From: Nitrosopumilaceae archaeon
Lineage (GTDB): Archaea > Thermoproteota > Nitrososphaeria > Nitrososphaerales > Nitrosopumilaceae
NCBI GenBank assembly: GCA_050749365.1
Contig: JBOGRG010000096.1
Location: forward strand, 1-52,926
DNA: 52,926 bases
Direction: 5' to 3'
The translations under genes were made by a program, and so were the position numbers. Below the pieces are notes generated by a model that saw nothing but the letters and a program-made list of their open reading frames with translations, was not told the origin of the DNA and searched no databases. This document shows, in pieces, positions 25,840-35,347 of this stretch. Positions within the stretch are counted from its first letter, which is position 1, and every line of letters begins with the position of its first letter.

Positions 25840-26352
25840 TTATTCAATTTCCATCAGCACATCATTTTTTGCTACAGATGCACCTTGTTTTATCTTCATA
25901 GATTTTATGACACCGTCTTTGTATGATTTGATTGAAACCTGCATCTTCATTGATTCTAAGACACATAACACATCTCCTTTTTTGACCTTATCTCCTACTT
26001 TGGTATTTATTGATACAACTTTGCCAGGAATCTGGCTTCGTAGATTTGTCTGAGATTCGCCAGCTGATTCAACTCCAGAAGTTTTGTAAACTATCTTATC
26101 CAAGTCAGAGTGCTTGTCAAAGGTTATCTGCACTCCATCAACTAAGATTGTCATCTTGGCAGTAGTATTGTCAAGGTATTTTGCAACATGATAGGAATTA
26201 TCCAACATGAACTCTATTTTATTAGGACCCATGTTTAGGATCTTGAGTTTTCTCTCCTTTCCCTGAATTTTGATCAGATATTCTAAATTACCAAGACTTT
26301 GCACTAGCTCTGCATCAAACTTGTTTCCAAGATTCTCAATCTTGAATTGCAT
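25840..26352 (-). CDS. accB: Biotin carboxyl carrier protein of acetyl-/propionyl-CoA carboxylase
   Basis: 170 aa with a C-terminal biotinyl domain and LESMKMQ (biotinyl-Lys). Confidence 0.9.
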   Translation of the reverse strand: MQFKIENLGNKFDAELVQSLGNLEYLIKIQGKERKLKILNMGPNKIEFMLDNSYHVAKYLDNTTAKMTILVDGVQITFDKHSDLDKIVYKTSGVESAGESQTNLRSQIPGKVVSINTKVGDKVKKGDVLCVLESMKMQVSIKSYKDGVIKSMKIKQGASVAKNDVLMEIE

Positions 26353-26354
26353 TT

Positions 26355-27848
26355 TTATGCACTATCCAGTTGGGTCTTCCAGTGCATACTATGGCCTGGA
26401 GGGGGTTTGACTCTGCTTTTGAGAAACTCTGAATGTATCACTGCTGCTGCAAGAGCTGCGTCTGTCTTGCGTGAGGTTTCTTTTTTTATGTCATCACGTA
26501 ACCTATCTAAAATCTTGAATCTGTCAAGAAAGTCCGTCGACAAGTCTCCCTTGATGAATTCCTTGCTATCAAGTATAGTCTTGTACAGTGGTATGGATGT
26601 CTCAACACCTTCAATGTAAAAGTCTTCTAGTGCCATTCGCATCCTTTGCCTAGACTCTTCAAAGGTTTCTCCCCACGTGACAAGTTTTGCCATCAAAGAA
26701 TCATAGTATGGCGAGACAGTACAACCTGGATAAAGATAGGTATCAACTCGCACACCAGGACCAGATGGCATATTGACATCTGGAACAAGTCCAGTGGATG
26801 GTGCAAAGTCTAAAAATGTATCTTCGGCGTTTATTCTGCATTCTATTGCGCATCCCCTTAGCTTCAAGTCTTTTTGTTTGAATGGAATTTCATTGCCATT
26901 TGCAATATCGATTTGCAGTTTTACAAGATCAAGGCCTGAAACAAGTTCCGTTACAGGGTGTTCTACTTGAAGTCGTGCGTTGATCTCAATAAAATAAAAT
27001 GTTCCATCATCAAGTCGTAGGAATTCGGCAGTTCCTGCATTTGTATAATCAACTGCAATTGCTGCAGTTACCGCAAGCTGGCCAACTTTATCACGCGTCT
27101 TTTGGTCAACAACAGGCGATGGCGACATCTCAATAAGCTTTTGATGCCTTCGCTGAATGGAACATTCACGTTCAAAGATATGGACCGCATTTCCATGTTT
27201 GTCTCTAAAGAGCTGAAACTCGATGTGTCTTATTTTTGGCAGAAATTTTTCCACAAAGAGTGCAGATTTCCCAAATGCTGCTTTTGATTCTCCTGATGCA
27301 ATCTCAAAGGCCTCTCTTAGTTCTTTTTCATTGTGCACCAATCTGATTCCTCGTCCACCACCACCAAAGACTGACTTTAGTAAGACAGGATATCCTATCT
27401 CATGTGCAATGTCAAGTGCCTTTTCTACCTCTTCTACTATTCCTAGACTGCCAGGTACGGTAGGAACTTTGGCTTTTGCCATTGCATCTTTGCAGAGCAT
27501 CTTATCACCGCAAAGCCTCATTGATTTTCCAGATGGTCCGATAAAGTTTATTTTTCGTTTTTCACAAAGGCCTGCAAAGTCGGCATTTTCTGAAAGAAAG
27601 CCATAGCCTGGATGAATTGCATCTGCTCCACAACTTTGTGCAACCTCAACTATTTTTTCCATGTTAAGGTAGCTTTGTGATGGAGCAGCTTCTCCTATGT
27701 GATAGGCCTCTGATGCCATCTTGACATGTCGTGAGTTTATGTCTTCATCAGAATAAACCGCTACAGATTTTATGCCAAGGGCTTTACATGCCTTGATTAC
27801 ACGTATAGCAATCTCTCCCCTATTTGCCATCAGAATTTTTTTGATCAT
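26355..27848 (-). CDS. accC: Biotin carboxylase subunit of acetyl-/propionyl-CoA carboxylase
   Basis: 497 aa. MIKKILMANRGEIAIRVI, the ATP-grasp GGGGRGIR, and EINARLQVEHPVTE. Confidence 0.95.
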   Translation of the reverse strand: MIKKILMANRGEIAIRVIKACKALGIKSVAVYSDEDINSRHVKMASEAYHIGEAAPSQSYLNMEKIVEVAQSCGADAIHPGYGFLSENADFAGLCEKRKINFIGPSGKSMRLCGDKMLCKDAMAKAKVPTVPGSLGIVEEVEKALDIAHEIGYPVLLKSVFGGGGRGIRLVHNEKELREAFEIASGESKAAFGKSALFVEKFLPKIRHIEFQLFRDKHGNAVHIFERECSIQRRHQKLIEMSPSPVVDQKTRDKVGQLAVTAAIAVDYTNAGTAEFLRLDDGTFYFIEINARLQVEHPVTELVSGLDLVKLQIDIANGNEIPFKQKDLKLRGCAIECRINAEDTFLDFAPSTGLVPDVNMPSGPGVRVDTYLYPGCTVSPYYDSLMAKLVTWGETFEESRQRMRMALEDFYIEGVETSIPLYKTILDSKEFIKGDLSTDFLDRFKILDRLRDDIKKETSRKTDAALAAAVIHSEFLKSRVKPPPGHSMHWKTQLDSA

Positions 27849-27855
27849 GTATAAT

Positions 27856-29403
27856 TCACAGATTTATGTTTCCGTGCTTGCGAGGTAGTCTTTTTTCCCG
27901 CTTGTTTGCAAGTGCATCTAGCGCTTTGATCAACATCGGTCTTGTCTCTGCAGGATCTATTACTGCATCTATAGTACCATACGATGCTGCAACATATGGA
28001 TTGGCAAACTTTTCTGAAAAGCTGTCTACAAGTTGTTTTTTCAGAGCCTCAGGGTCTTTCGCTTTTGCAATCTCTTTTCTGTTCATTATTTTTACTGCAG
28101 CCTCAGAGCCAAGTACTGCAATCTGTGCAGTTGGCCAAGCATAGTTCATATCAGTTCTGAGGTTCTTGCTACCCATAGCGATGTAGGCGCCGCCATATGC
28201 CTTGCCTATGATTACAGTTACTTTTGGTACAGTTGCCTCACAGTATGCATACAAGAGCTTGCTTCCATGTCTTATTATGCCACCATGTTCCTGTTGGGTT
28301 CCAGGCATGTAGCCTGGAGTGTCCACAAAGGTAACAATTGGGATGCTAAAACAGTCACAAAATCTGATAAACCTTGCTGCTTTGTTGGATGAATCAATGT
28401 CCAATGCACCTGCAAGCACCATTGGTTGATTTGCAACAACGCCAACCGTTCTCCCATTGAGTCTGCCAAATCCAACTATGACGTTTGTTGCAAACAGTTC
28501 ATGTACCTCAAAAAATACATGATTGTCCAAAACAGAATAAATTATTTCCTTCATGTCGTAAGGTTGTAATGAATTTTCTGGCACTATGTTTATCAGATTG
28601 TTGTCAAGTCTGTTAGGATCATCATCTGTTGATACAATAGGTGGTTCTTCGGTATTATTTTGTGGAATATATGACAAGAGAGTCTTTACATAGTCCATGC
28701 ATTGGTATTCATTTTTTACAACAAAGTGAGCAACGCCACTGTTTTTTCCATGTGACATTGCACCTCCAAGCTCATCAAACGATACGTCTTCACCAAGAAC
28801 TGTTTTCACCACTTCAGGTCCTGTAACAAACATGGTAGCCACCTTGTCAACCATTATGACAAAGTCTGTCATTGCTGGAGAATACACTGCACCTCCTGCA
28901 GAAGGCCCTATACTTGCAGTTATCTGTGGTACAATTCCAGATGCTAGCTGGTTATGGAAAAATATATCAGCAAATCCATCAAGGCTTAGAATTCCTTCTT
29001 GAATTCTTGCACCGCCAGAGTCAATTATTCCTATGACAGGGCATCCAACGCGTATAGCGTTATCCATTATCTTGGTTGTTTTTTTTGCACCCATCTCGCT
29101 TAGCGTTCCTCCCAGCACAGTAAAATCATATGCAAAAAGAAAGACCTGCCTTCCGTTTATGGTTCCATAACCAGTGATTACTCCATCACCAAAGAACTTT
29201 TTGTCCTGCATATCAAACTCGTGATAGTGATGGGTTGTTAGAGCATCAATTTCTGTAAAACTTCCTTCGTCAAGCAAGAGATCAATTCGTTCTCTTGCTG
29301 TAAGCTTGCCTTTTTCATGCTGTGCAAGAATTTTGTCTTCTCCACCACTCTGATTTGCTGCCTTTCGCTTTTGCAAAAAATTTTTGATTTTATCAGAGTG
29401 CAT
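27856..29403 (-). CDS. pccB: Carboxyltransferase subunit of acetyl-/propionyl-CoA carboxylase
   Basis: 515 aa of typical PccB/AccD5 type (DSGGARIQEG, GPSAGGAVYSPA, GKAYGGAYIAM). Confidence 0.95.
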   Translation of the reverse strand: MHSDKIKNFLQKRKAANQSGGEDKILAQHEKGKLTARERIDLLLDEGSFTEIDALTTHHYHEFDMQDKKFFGDGVITGYGTINGRQVFLFAYDFTVLGGTLSEMGAKKTTKIMDNAIRVGCPVIGIIDSGGARIQEGILSLDGFADIFFHNQLASGIVPQITASIGPSAGGAVYSPAMTDFVIMVDKVATMFVTGPEVVKTVLGEDVSFDELGGAMSHGKNSGVAHFVVKNEYQCMDYVKTLLSYIPQNNTEEPPIVSTDDDPNRLDNNLINIVPENSLQPYDMKEIIYSVLDNHVFFEVHELFATNVIVGFGRLNGRTVGVVANQPMVLAGALDIDSSNKAARFIRFCDCFSIPIVTFVDTPGYMPGTQQEHGGIIRHGSKLLYAYCEATVPKVTVIIGKAYGGAYIAMGSKNLRTDMNYAWPTAQIAVLGSEAAVKIMNRKEIAKAKDPEALKKQLVDSFSEKFANPYVAASYGTIDAVIDPAETRPMLIKALDALANKREKRLPRKHGNINL

Positions 29404-29450
29404 GGTTGCGAATTAAAAACACTTCGCAGCCTATATTAATTTAATCAGAG

Positions 29451-29735
29451 TTATTCTCTTATTCCGTCGCGTCCGCCTTTGGCAGTTCTAAACACATTCA
29501 TCCCAGTATGATAATTTTCATACAAAGATTCCAGCGTTTTCAAATCCTCTTCTACAAGATGTATCTGCTCTGCAGTTGCCTGCGGATCTGAGTTTAGTTG
29601 TGCTAGTTTTTGTTTTGCTTCTTCAAGAAGGTATCTATTCCCCACTTCGTAATTTGACGTTCCCTTGAATTCTGGACTAAGAACGTGTTGGGGTTTATAG
29701 ACAGGAACAATGTTTTTAGAATCTTCGGTTATCAT
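29451..29735 (-). CDS. Hypothetical protein
   Basis: 94 aa with a predicted helical middle. No family recognised. It sits between the Cys-rich ORF and pccB. Confidence 0.4.
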   Translation of the reverse strand: MITEDSKNIVPVYKPQHVLSPEFKGTSNYEVGNRYLLEEAKQKLAQLNSDPQATAEQIHLVEEDLKTLESLYENYHTGMNVFRTAKGGRDGIRE

Positions 29736-29753
29736 CTTCTTGACTCTTTTAGG

Positions 29754-30071
29754 TTAAATTTTAAGATTTAGAATTGGAAATTTTTTGCCGAGGGCTTTTT
29801 GATATAGCACAAATGCATCACCAGAATCATTACATTTTTTACAAATGCATAGCTGCGAGACCTTGGAAAGATCGCAGTCAGATCTGAATTCACATTGTGG
29901 ACAGCCTGCAGGTCCACCACATACAAGGCATCTAAGCTCTAGCACTTCCGCGCACGCTTGGTGTTTTACTCCTATACCTTTTGCCCATAAACCCACCTCG
30001 TTTATCTCAACTTTCTTTTTACACACTATACAGGTGCCTGGAAATTTCATTGACATCTTACGCCAGCTCAT
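29754..30071 (-). CDS. Cys-rich putative multi-zinc-binding protein
   Basis: 105 aa with 11 Cys, including CIVC, CLVC, CPQC and CICKKC. Its ATG overlaps the rfcL stop (ATGA). Confidence 0.5.
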   Translation of the reverse strand: MSWRKMSMKFPGTCIVCKKKVEINEVGLWAKGIGVKHQACAEVLELRCLVCGGPAGCPQCEFRSDCDLSKVSQLCICKKCNDSGDAFVLYQKALGKKFPILNLKI

Positions 30072-31237
30072 TTGAGTACAGCCATCTCCTTTTGTAGAAT
30101 TTCCTTATAGGACTCATCCAGCTCGATGTCAAGTATCTTGTTTTTTATGCACCGCAAAAGATATGGAAAATAAAAAGTTGCAAAGTCACTTGTAGAGACA
30201 TGCATTTTTTTTGCAAGAACTGATATCATTCCCTTTATTGCCCTCCCATCCCATCGTAGTCTGTTAAGAAGAGGCCATGGAAGATTAAACTGCGAATATC
30301 TTGCAGCCGTGCCTTCTTTATACAACCCAAGTAGTGTTGTATCAAGGTATCTCAAAAGTCTCCACTCTTGCGTTTTTATTATTTTTCCATAAATCATGTC
30401 TGCCTCTGATATTGCTTGTAGCATTTTTTGCATGTCTTCTTTTGTAAGATCACTTGTTATCACACTAGAGTAAAATGCGTCTATCTTTTGCCGCGGATCT
30501 ATTCTTAATGAGTACAGTATTGCTCTTGCTTCATCAATTGATTTGGCCTTGAAAAAAGAGTTTACCGATTCTTCAGCATCCATTGTTACAAAGGATTTTT
30601 CGGTTTGCGGTTCAAATCCTGTAACAAGAGCTTGCGCAGAATTTAGCATTGATCGTATATCCCCTCTTGATTCTATTACGAGTTTTAGAATCGTGCCTAT
30701 CCCAAGTAATGCACCTTCTTTTTTTAGAATAGATTCAAGATATAGACGTAAAAGCCGAGGTGGAATTGGTCTTAGCGGAATTGTTTTTGTTGCTTTTTTT
30801 ATGGTTTTCATCTTATCTGATCTGTCAGAGTTTGCTGCTAAAACTATGGGAACTGTAGGTTCCTTGAGAAGATCAGCTAGTGCCTCGACTCCTCCATAAT
30901 CAGATCTTCCATGAATGCCATCCACCTCATCAACGAATATCATTGGTTTGCCCAAGACACTTGCGTTGCCAAGAACAGGACCAAGTATATCTTGAATTCT
31001 TTGTTTGCTTCGTACATCACTTGCATTAAGTCCTATCAGATCGTATCCAAACTGTCTTGCACAAAGTGTTGCAAGTGTAGTCTTTCCTATTCCTGGAGGT
31101 CCTACAAGCAAGATAGGTTTACTTCCTTTCATCCACTTGCCAAGCCATTCTACAAATGATACTTTGGCCTCTTCATTTCCCACCACCTCAAGTAGATTTT
31201 TTGGTCTGTATTTTTCTGACCACATCATATCTATCAC
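30068..31237 (-). CDS. rfcL: Replication factor C large subunit
   Basis: 389 aa. WSEKYRPKNLLEVVGNEE, Walker A GPPGIGKTT, NASDVRSK and Walker B IFVDEVDGIHG. Confidence 0.85.
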   Translation of the reverse strand: MIDMMWSEKYRPKNLLEVVGNEEAKVSFVEWLGKWMKGSKPILLVGPPGIGKTTLATLCARQFGYDLIGLNASDVRSKQRIQDILGPVLGNASVLGKPMIFVDEVDGIHGRSDYGGVEALADLLKEPTVPIVLAANSDRSDKMKTIKKATKTIPLRPIPPRLLRLYLESILKKEGALLGIGTILKLVIESRGDIRSMLNSAQALVTGFEPQTEKSFVTMDAEESVNSFFKAKSIDEARAILYSLRIDPRQKIDAFYSSVITSDLTKEDMQKMLQAISEADMIYGKIIKTQEWRLLRYLDTTLLGLYKEGTAARYSQFNLPWPLLNRLRWDGRAIKGMISVLAKKMHVSTSDFATFYFPYLLRCIKNKILDIELDESYKEILQKEMAVLK

Positions 31238-32352
31238 TTTGGAAGATTAGCAGAAAATTCTGACCAAAGATTTTCCTTTTGTAGTTGATTATACCAAAAC
31301 AAGTTATAGTGTTCTACGGTAAGAAACAGAAATTCTAAAAAGTTTTTATGCGAGAAATTTTCTGGCAGCAATTCAAGTGCAAGTCTGGCTTCGCTTAGAT
31401 ACAAGTCACTTTTTTGCATGGTAATTTCAAATCCTTTCTTTACGTCATTTGTAATTAGGCTATAGTAAAGAGGCCATGAAGGAATCTTGACAAATTTGTT
31501 TTTTATCGAATCTTCTATCTCATTTCCACATCCAACTGATTCTGCAGACTTTGCCATCCCAAGATTAAATATTTCCCCCAATGGTTTTCTGCCAAGAGCC
31601 ATATTTTTTCCCGCAGTTCCCATAACAGCTCTGTATTTTTTGTAACACTGTATCATGTCTTCTTCTGATATGTGATTGGGTTTTGCTTTTAGTTTGAAAT
31701 CAAGATACTGCCCAATTCTTGCATCCTTAAACCCACGCTCAAATTCTTCAAGAACTGTTTGACCTCCTTTTGTTATTTTGTCCCTTGCAAGCTTTAGTAA
31801 ATATGGATTCATCAGTTTATAGTCTTCCAGATATTCTAGGTCCTCATCTTTGTCCATTATTCTGTCCATGGGTTCACTCAAATCAATAGCGATTATGTGT
31901 CCATCAATTATGTTCATTCTTAATTGTAAATCTTGCTTGTCACCAAAATACTCTGTCGATGCATCATAAAGCGCACTAAAAACCGGAAATGTCATCTTGA
32001 CAAAGTTTGAGTTAAGAATCCTTGAAACTCTGTCCTTTAAGATATCATGGTTTTCAAGTCTTGCTTTTACCTCAGCTATTCTTGATTGTTCCAATATCAT
32101 ATCATGTGAGCCTATCTCTTCAGCAAACTTTTGCTGTGTTGTATTAGGTGATAAATCTGATTTTATTTCCTTTAGTAAATCATCAGTGAATCTTTTTACA
32201 AAATTTTGGGATTCTTCTTCTGCCTCTTTTTTGTACTTGTCAAATTGTTTGTAACCTTTGCTTTTGAGAAGCGACTGCTTTACTATTTCCTTTCCAGGTT
32301 TTGTACTCAAAAGTGCTTCTTTGCTAAAAATTGATTGATCCTTACTACTCAC
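31234..32352 (-). CDS. Hypothetical protein translationally coupled to rfcL
   Basis: 372 aa, soluble and Lys/Glu-rich, with no motif I recognise. Its stop overlaps the rfcL start by 4 nt. Confidence 0.5.
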   Translation of the reverse strand: MSSKDQSIFSKEALLSTKPGKEIVKQSLLKSKGYKQFDKYKKEAEEESQNFVKRFTDDLLKEIKSDLSPNTTQQKFAEEIGSHDMILEQSRIAEVKARLENHDILKDRVSRILNSNFVKMTFPVFSALYDASTEYFGDKQDLQLRMNIIDGHIIAIDLSEPMDRIMDKDEDLEYLEDYKLMNPYLLKLARDKITKGGQTVLEEFERGFKDARIGQYLDFKLKAKPNHISEEDMIQCYKKYRAVMGTAGKNMALGRKPLGEIFNLGMAKSAESVGCGNEIEDSIKNKFVKIPSWPLYYSLITNDVKKGFEITMQKSDLYLSEARLALELLPENFSHKNFLEFLFLTVEHYNLFWYNQLQKENLWSEFSANLPK

Positions 32353-32438
32353 ATAATGGCAAATCTTGCTTTGCTATTTATGCATTGAGCTAGCTTTGAA
32401 ATTATTTGAAATAAATTAGGACAGAAATCAGGAAATCT

Positions 32439-33248
32439 GTGAAAGTAATAGACATATTGCAAGAGGCATCTATGCGAGTATACAATAATGTAAAGCATCT
32501 TGCAGGAACAGAAGAATCAGGTGGAGATTTTGGGAGGGGAGCGGGAGGAGACATCTCAAGAAAGATCGACATAATTGCTGAAAAAACAGTTCTTGATTAT
32601 CTAAAAGAGATAAAGTTTGATTGCATAGTTCTTGGAGAGGAATGCGGTCGTGTGGCACTTTCAAAAAATCCAAAGGGATTTTTAATCATGGATGCTGTAG
32701 ACGGTTCTACCAATGCCGTAAGAGGAATTCCCTTTTTTTGTTGTTCACTTGCCTTTGCCACTGAGAACAAACTGAGTTCTGTAACAGATGCTGTTGTAAT
32801 GGATCTAGCTAGGGGGGATATGTATCACGCAACAAAAGGCAATGGCGCCTTTTTGAATGGAAATAGGATTTATGTTAACAAGAACAAGATGCCAATCTAT
32901 ACTGTAGTTGGACTTGATGTATCAGGAATTTCTTCGAATATGCTACAGAGACTATCTCCTATAATTACTGCATCAAACCACATTAGGCATTTGGGTGCAG
33001 TCGCACTCGAACTTGCGATATTTGCACGCGGCATGGTTGATGTATTTGTTGATTTAAGGGAAAAAATCAGGGTTACAGATATTGCTGCTGGCCATTTAAT
33101 TGCATTAGAAGCTGGCGGATATGTTGTTGACCAAAATGGAAAATCCTTGGATTCTGATCTAGGTTATGATAGGAAGCTTTCTTTTGTTGCCGTTGCCAAT
33201 AAAGAAATTCTTGACGATGTTTTAAAAAAATTAAAGATCAGTGACTAA
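32439..33248 (+). CDS. Inositol monophosphatase / FBPase family phosphatase
   Basis: 269 aa. LGEE.., MDAVDGSTN (DPxDGT-like) and TDIAAG (WDxAAG-like) metal-binding motifs. GTG start. Confidence 0.8.
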   Translation: MKVIDILQEASMRVYNNVKHLAGTEESGGDFGRGAGGDISRKIDIIAEKTVLDYLKEIKFDCIVLGEECGRVALSKNPKGFLIMDAVDGSTNAVRGIPFFCCSLAFATENKLSSVTDAVVMDLARGDMYHATKGNGAFLNGNRIYVNKNKMPIYTVVGLDVSGISSNMLQRLSPIITASNHIRHLGAVALELAIFARGMVDVFVDLREKIRVTDIAAGHLIALEAGGYVVDQNGKSLDSDLGYDRKLSFVAVANKEILDDVLKKLKISD

Positions 33249-33319
33249 TTAGTCATAGAAATCATCTTATGAGTACATGTTTTGTGATTTCACAAAACAA
33301 CATTCAGAATTAAAAGTAA

Positions 33320-33430
33320 TGGCGCCCTTGGCGGGATTTGAACACGCGTCGAGGCCGTGACAGGGCCCCATTCTAGACCGGGTTTTACGAGGAATGGATT
33401 TTTCTCCATGCCCCACTATACTACAAGGGC
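33320..33430 (-). tRNA. tRNA-Asp (GUC) with a ~35-nt insertion in the D-arm region and a genomically encoded CCA
   Basis: The reverse complement is GCCCTTG TA GTATAGTGG[GGCATGGAGAAAAATCCATTCCTCGTAAAACCCGG]TCTAGAATG GGGCC CTGTCAC GGCCT CGAC GCGTG TTCAAAT CCCGC CAAGGGC G CCA. The splice points are ambiguous by a few nt, and there is one U-C mismatch in the T stem. Confidence 0.7.
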
Positions 33431-33528
33431 GTTGGAATAAGTTGCGCGAAAATCCGAGTTTAAAGGTTTCTATTAAATCAAAAAATTTTGTAAAAGACTA
33501 AATTATACACAACTGTCAAGCTCGCCAT

Positions 33529-33602
33529 GGGTTCGTAGCTCAGCCAGGTAGAGTACCGGACTTTTAATCCGGCTGTCCGGGGTCCGAATCCCCGCGAACC
33601 CG
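33529..33602 (+). tRNA. tRNA-Lys (UUU)
   Basis: GGGTTCG TA GCTC AGCCAGGTA GAGT A CCGGA CTTTTAA TCCGG CTGTC CGGGG TCCGAAT CCCCG CGAACCC G. Confidence 0.9.
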
Positions 33603-33641
33603 CTACTAAACATTTTATTAGCTACAAAAAAAAGATTCCAA

Positions 33642-35000
33642 GTGAATAAATTTTTTGTACTTGTAGTGTTCCTTGTTGGACCTTTGTTAATTCAAATGAC
33701 ATCAGCGCAAACTGAGCCTCAAGAAGAGGCAGGACCACAGCCGTTTGATTTTAAAATCGGTACAGACAAGGCTTTCTATCATTATACATACGATCAAGAC
33801 ACACATGAAACAATTCGGATATTTGTGAATTTACCTCAACTTATACCAAACGAAAAAGTGGTGGTAAAATCACTTTATACTAGAGGACCACACAGCTTTA
33901 CAGACGTTTACCCCATTTGTTCTGATACCACAGTAACTAATTGCTTTTCTAAACTGGAAGATGAGGTTTACTTTGTAGATAGCGAAAGACAATATGGAAC
34001 TTTATTTGGACAGTGGGTACTTGACGCTACGTATGCAGATAAAAGAGCTGCAACGTATTTTGAAATAACCCCACTAACCACATTCGAATTAGATGCTACA
34101 AAGGAAAAATATACAGTCAAGGAATTACAAAACGAAGGACTTCATCTTGTCTTTTTAGGAACACAGGTTTCAAATCAAACTACATTGAAGCTTGAACTTT
34201 TTAAGATGGTAGATGATGATCAAGCTCGTGTCTTTAATTATAATGTTAATATAGAAATGGTTGGAGAACCTCCATATTTTAATAGATTACCAATCACATT
34301 TACAAAAGAGGTTCCTTTCAATACAGGAAAATATAATATAACAGCTACGTGGGAAAATCTTTTTGATTCAGACACTTTTGAAATTGTTGAATCTGTTATA
34401 GAAATAAATCAATCAAACAAAGAAACAATAGATACTATCATTAAGCCAAAAAGTGGATGTCTTATTGCTACAGCAGCATTTGGATCCGAGCTTGCTCCAC
34501 AGGTTCAGTTGTTAAGAGAGTTTAGAGACAGCTATATTTTATCTACAAGATCTGGTGCAAGTTTCCTGCAAGTCTTTAATTTATTGTACTATTCTTTTAG
34601 TCCAGCTATATCTGATGCAGAAAGACAAAATCCAGCATTGCAGACAATAATCAAAGGTAGTCTGTATCCTCTCATTATGATTCTACAAGTATCTCAGGCA
34701 GCCACTTTTGGAGGTGAGATAGGCACTATCTTAGCTGGGTTTGTTGCAAGCACCTTAATTGGCGCTGCTTATTTGTGGCCTCTTTCCTTAAGATTTGATT
34801 TTACCAGAGCATACAAAAAACTCATTTTAGTGATTGTAGCAAGCACAGGATTTGTAGTTCTTGGCATATTTTCAAGCAATACACCTATTCTAATGATTTC
34901 CACTACAGTTTTTGTTCTTACGTCACTTGTATTTGGTGTAACACTTACAAGTAAGACTAGGAGTCTATTCAGAACTAAAAATAAAAAGGGATCTAACTAA
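33642..35000 (+). CDS. Secreted/membrane-anchored protein with a C-[FL]-IATAA-[YF]-GS box
   Basis: 452 aa. It has a signal peptide (..LIQMTSAQT), a ~260-aa ectodomain, then SGCLIATAAFGSELAPQVQLLREFRDSYIL followed by several TM helices. Confidence 0.55.
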   Translation: MNKFFVLVVFLVGPLLIQMTSAQTEPQEEAGPQPFDFKIGTDKAFYHYTYDQDTHETIRIFVNLPQLIPNEKVVVKSLYTRGPHSFTDVYPICSDTTVTNCFSKLEDEVYFVDSERQYGTLFGQWVLDATYADKRAATYFEITPLTTFELDATKEKYTVKELQNEGLHLVFLGTQVSNQTTLKLELFKMVDDDQARVFNYNVNIEMVGEPPYFNRLPITFTKEVPFNTGKYNITATWENLFDSDTFEIVESVIEINQSNKETIDTIIKPKSGCLIATAAFGSELAPQVQLLREFRDSYILSTRSGASFLQVFNLLYYSFSPAISDAERQNPALQTIIKGSLYPLIMILQVSQAATFGGEIGTILAGFVASTLIGAAYLWPLSLRFDFTRAYKKLILVIVASTGFVVLGIFSSNTPILMISTTVFVLTSLVFGVTLTSKTRSLFRTKNKKGSN

Positions 35001-35215
35001 CTTAGGTTCAGTTCTGGGAATTCAGCTTGCTTTACTCCCAAATCGTGCTGGAGAGTTCTAATTTTTTTAGCATATTCAGTCATTTTCGAGGAATCAGACT
35101 GTACTTTTGCAATCTTGTAACCTCGCCATGCTTTCTTTAGTGCTCCCCATGTCTGACCTGTAGTGTAGTTAGGTTTGTCGGTGTGTGGTTGTACGAATTG
35201 AAACATGCTGTACAC
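34997..35215 (-). CDS. Hypothetical small protein
   Basis: 72 aa and basic, with no family recognised. It is convergent with the previous gene with a 4-nt overlap. Confidence 0.35.
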   Translation of the reverse strand: MYSMFQFVQPHTDKPNYTTGQTWGALKKAWRGYKIAKVQSDSSKMTEYAKKIRTLQHDLGVKQAEFPELNLS

Positions 35216-35347
35216 CTCATTACGAGAATTTTTTATCTATGGGCATGTGAATGAAAATCAATGGAAAAGTCAAGATTACTACATCAAGAACTAGATGCCA
35301 TATTGATAAATGTGGCAAAAAATTCGGATTAATAAATTATTCACAGA

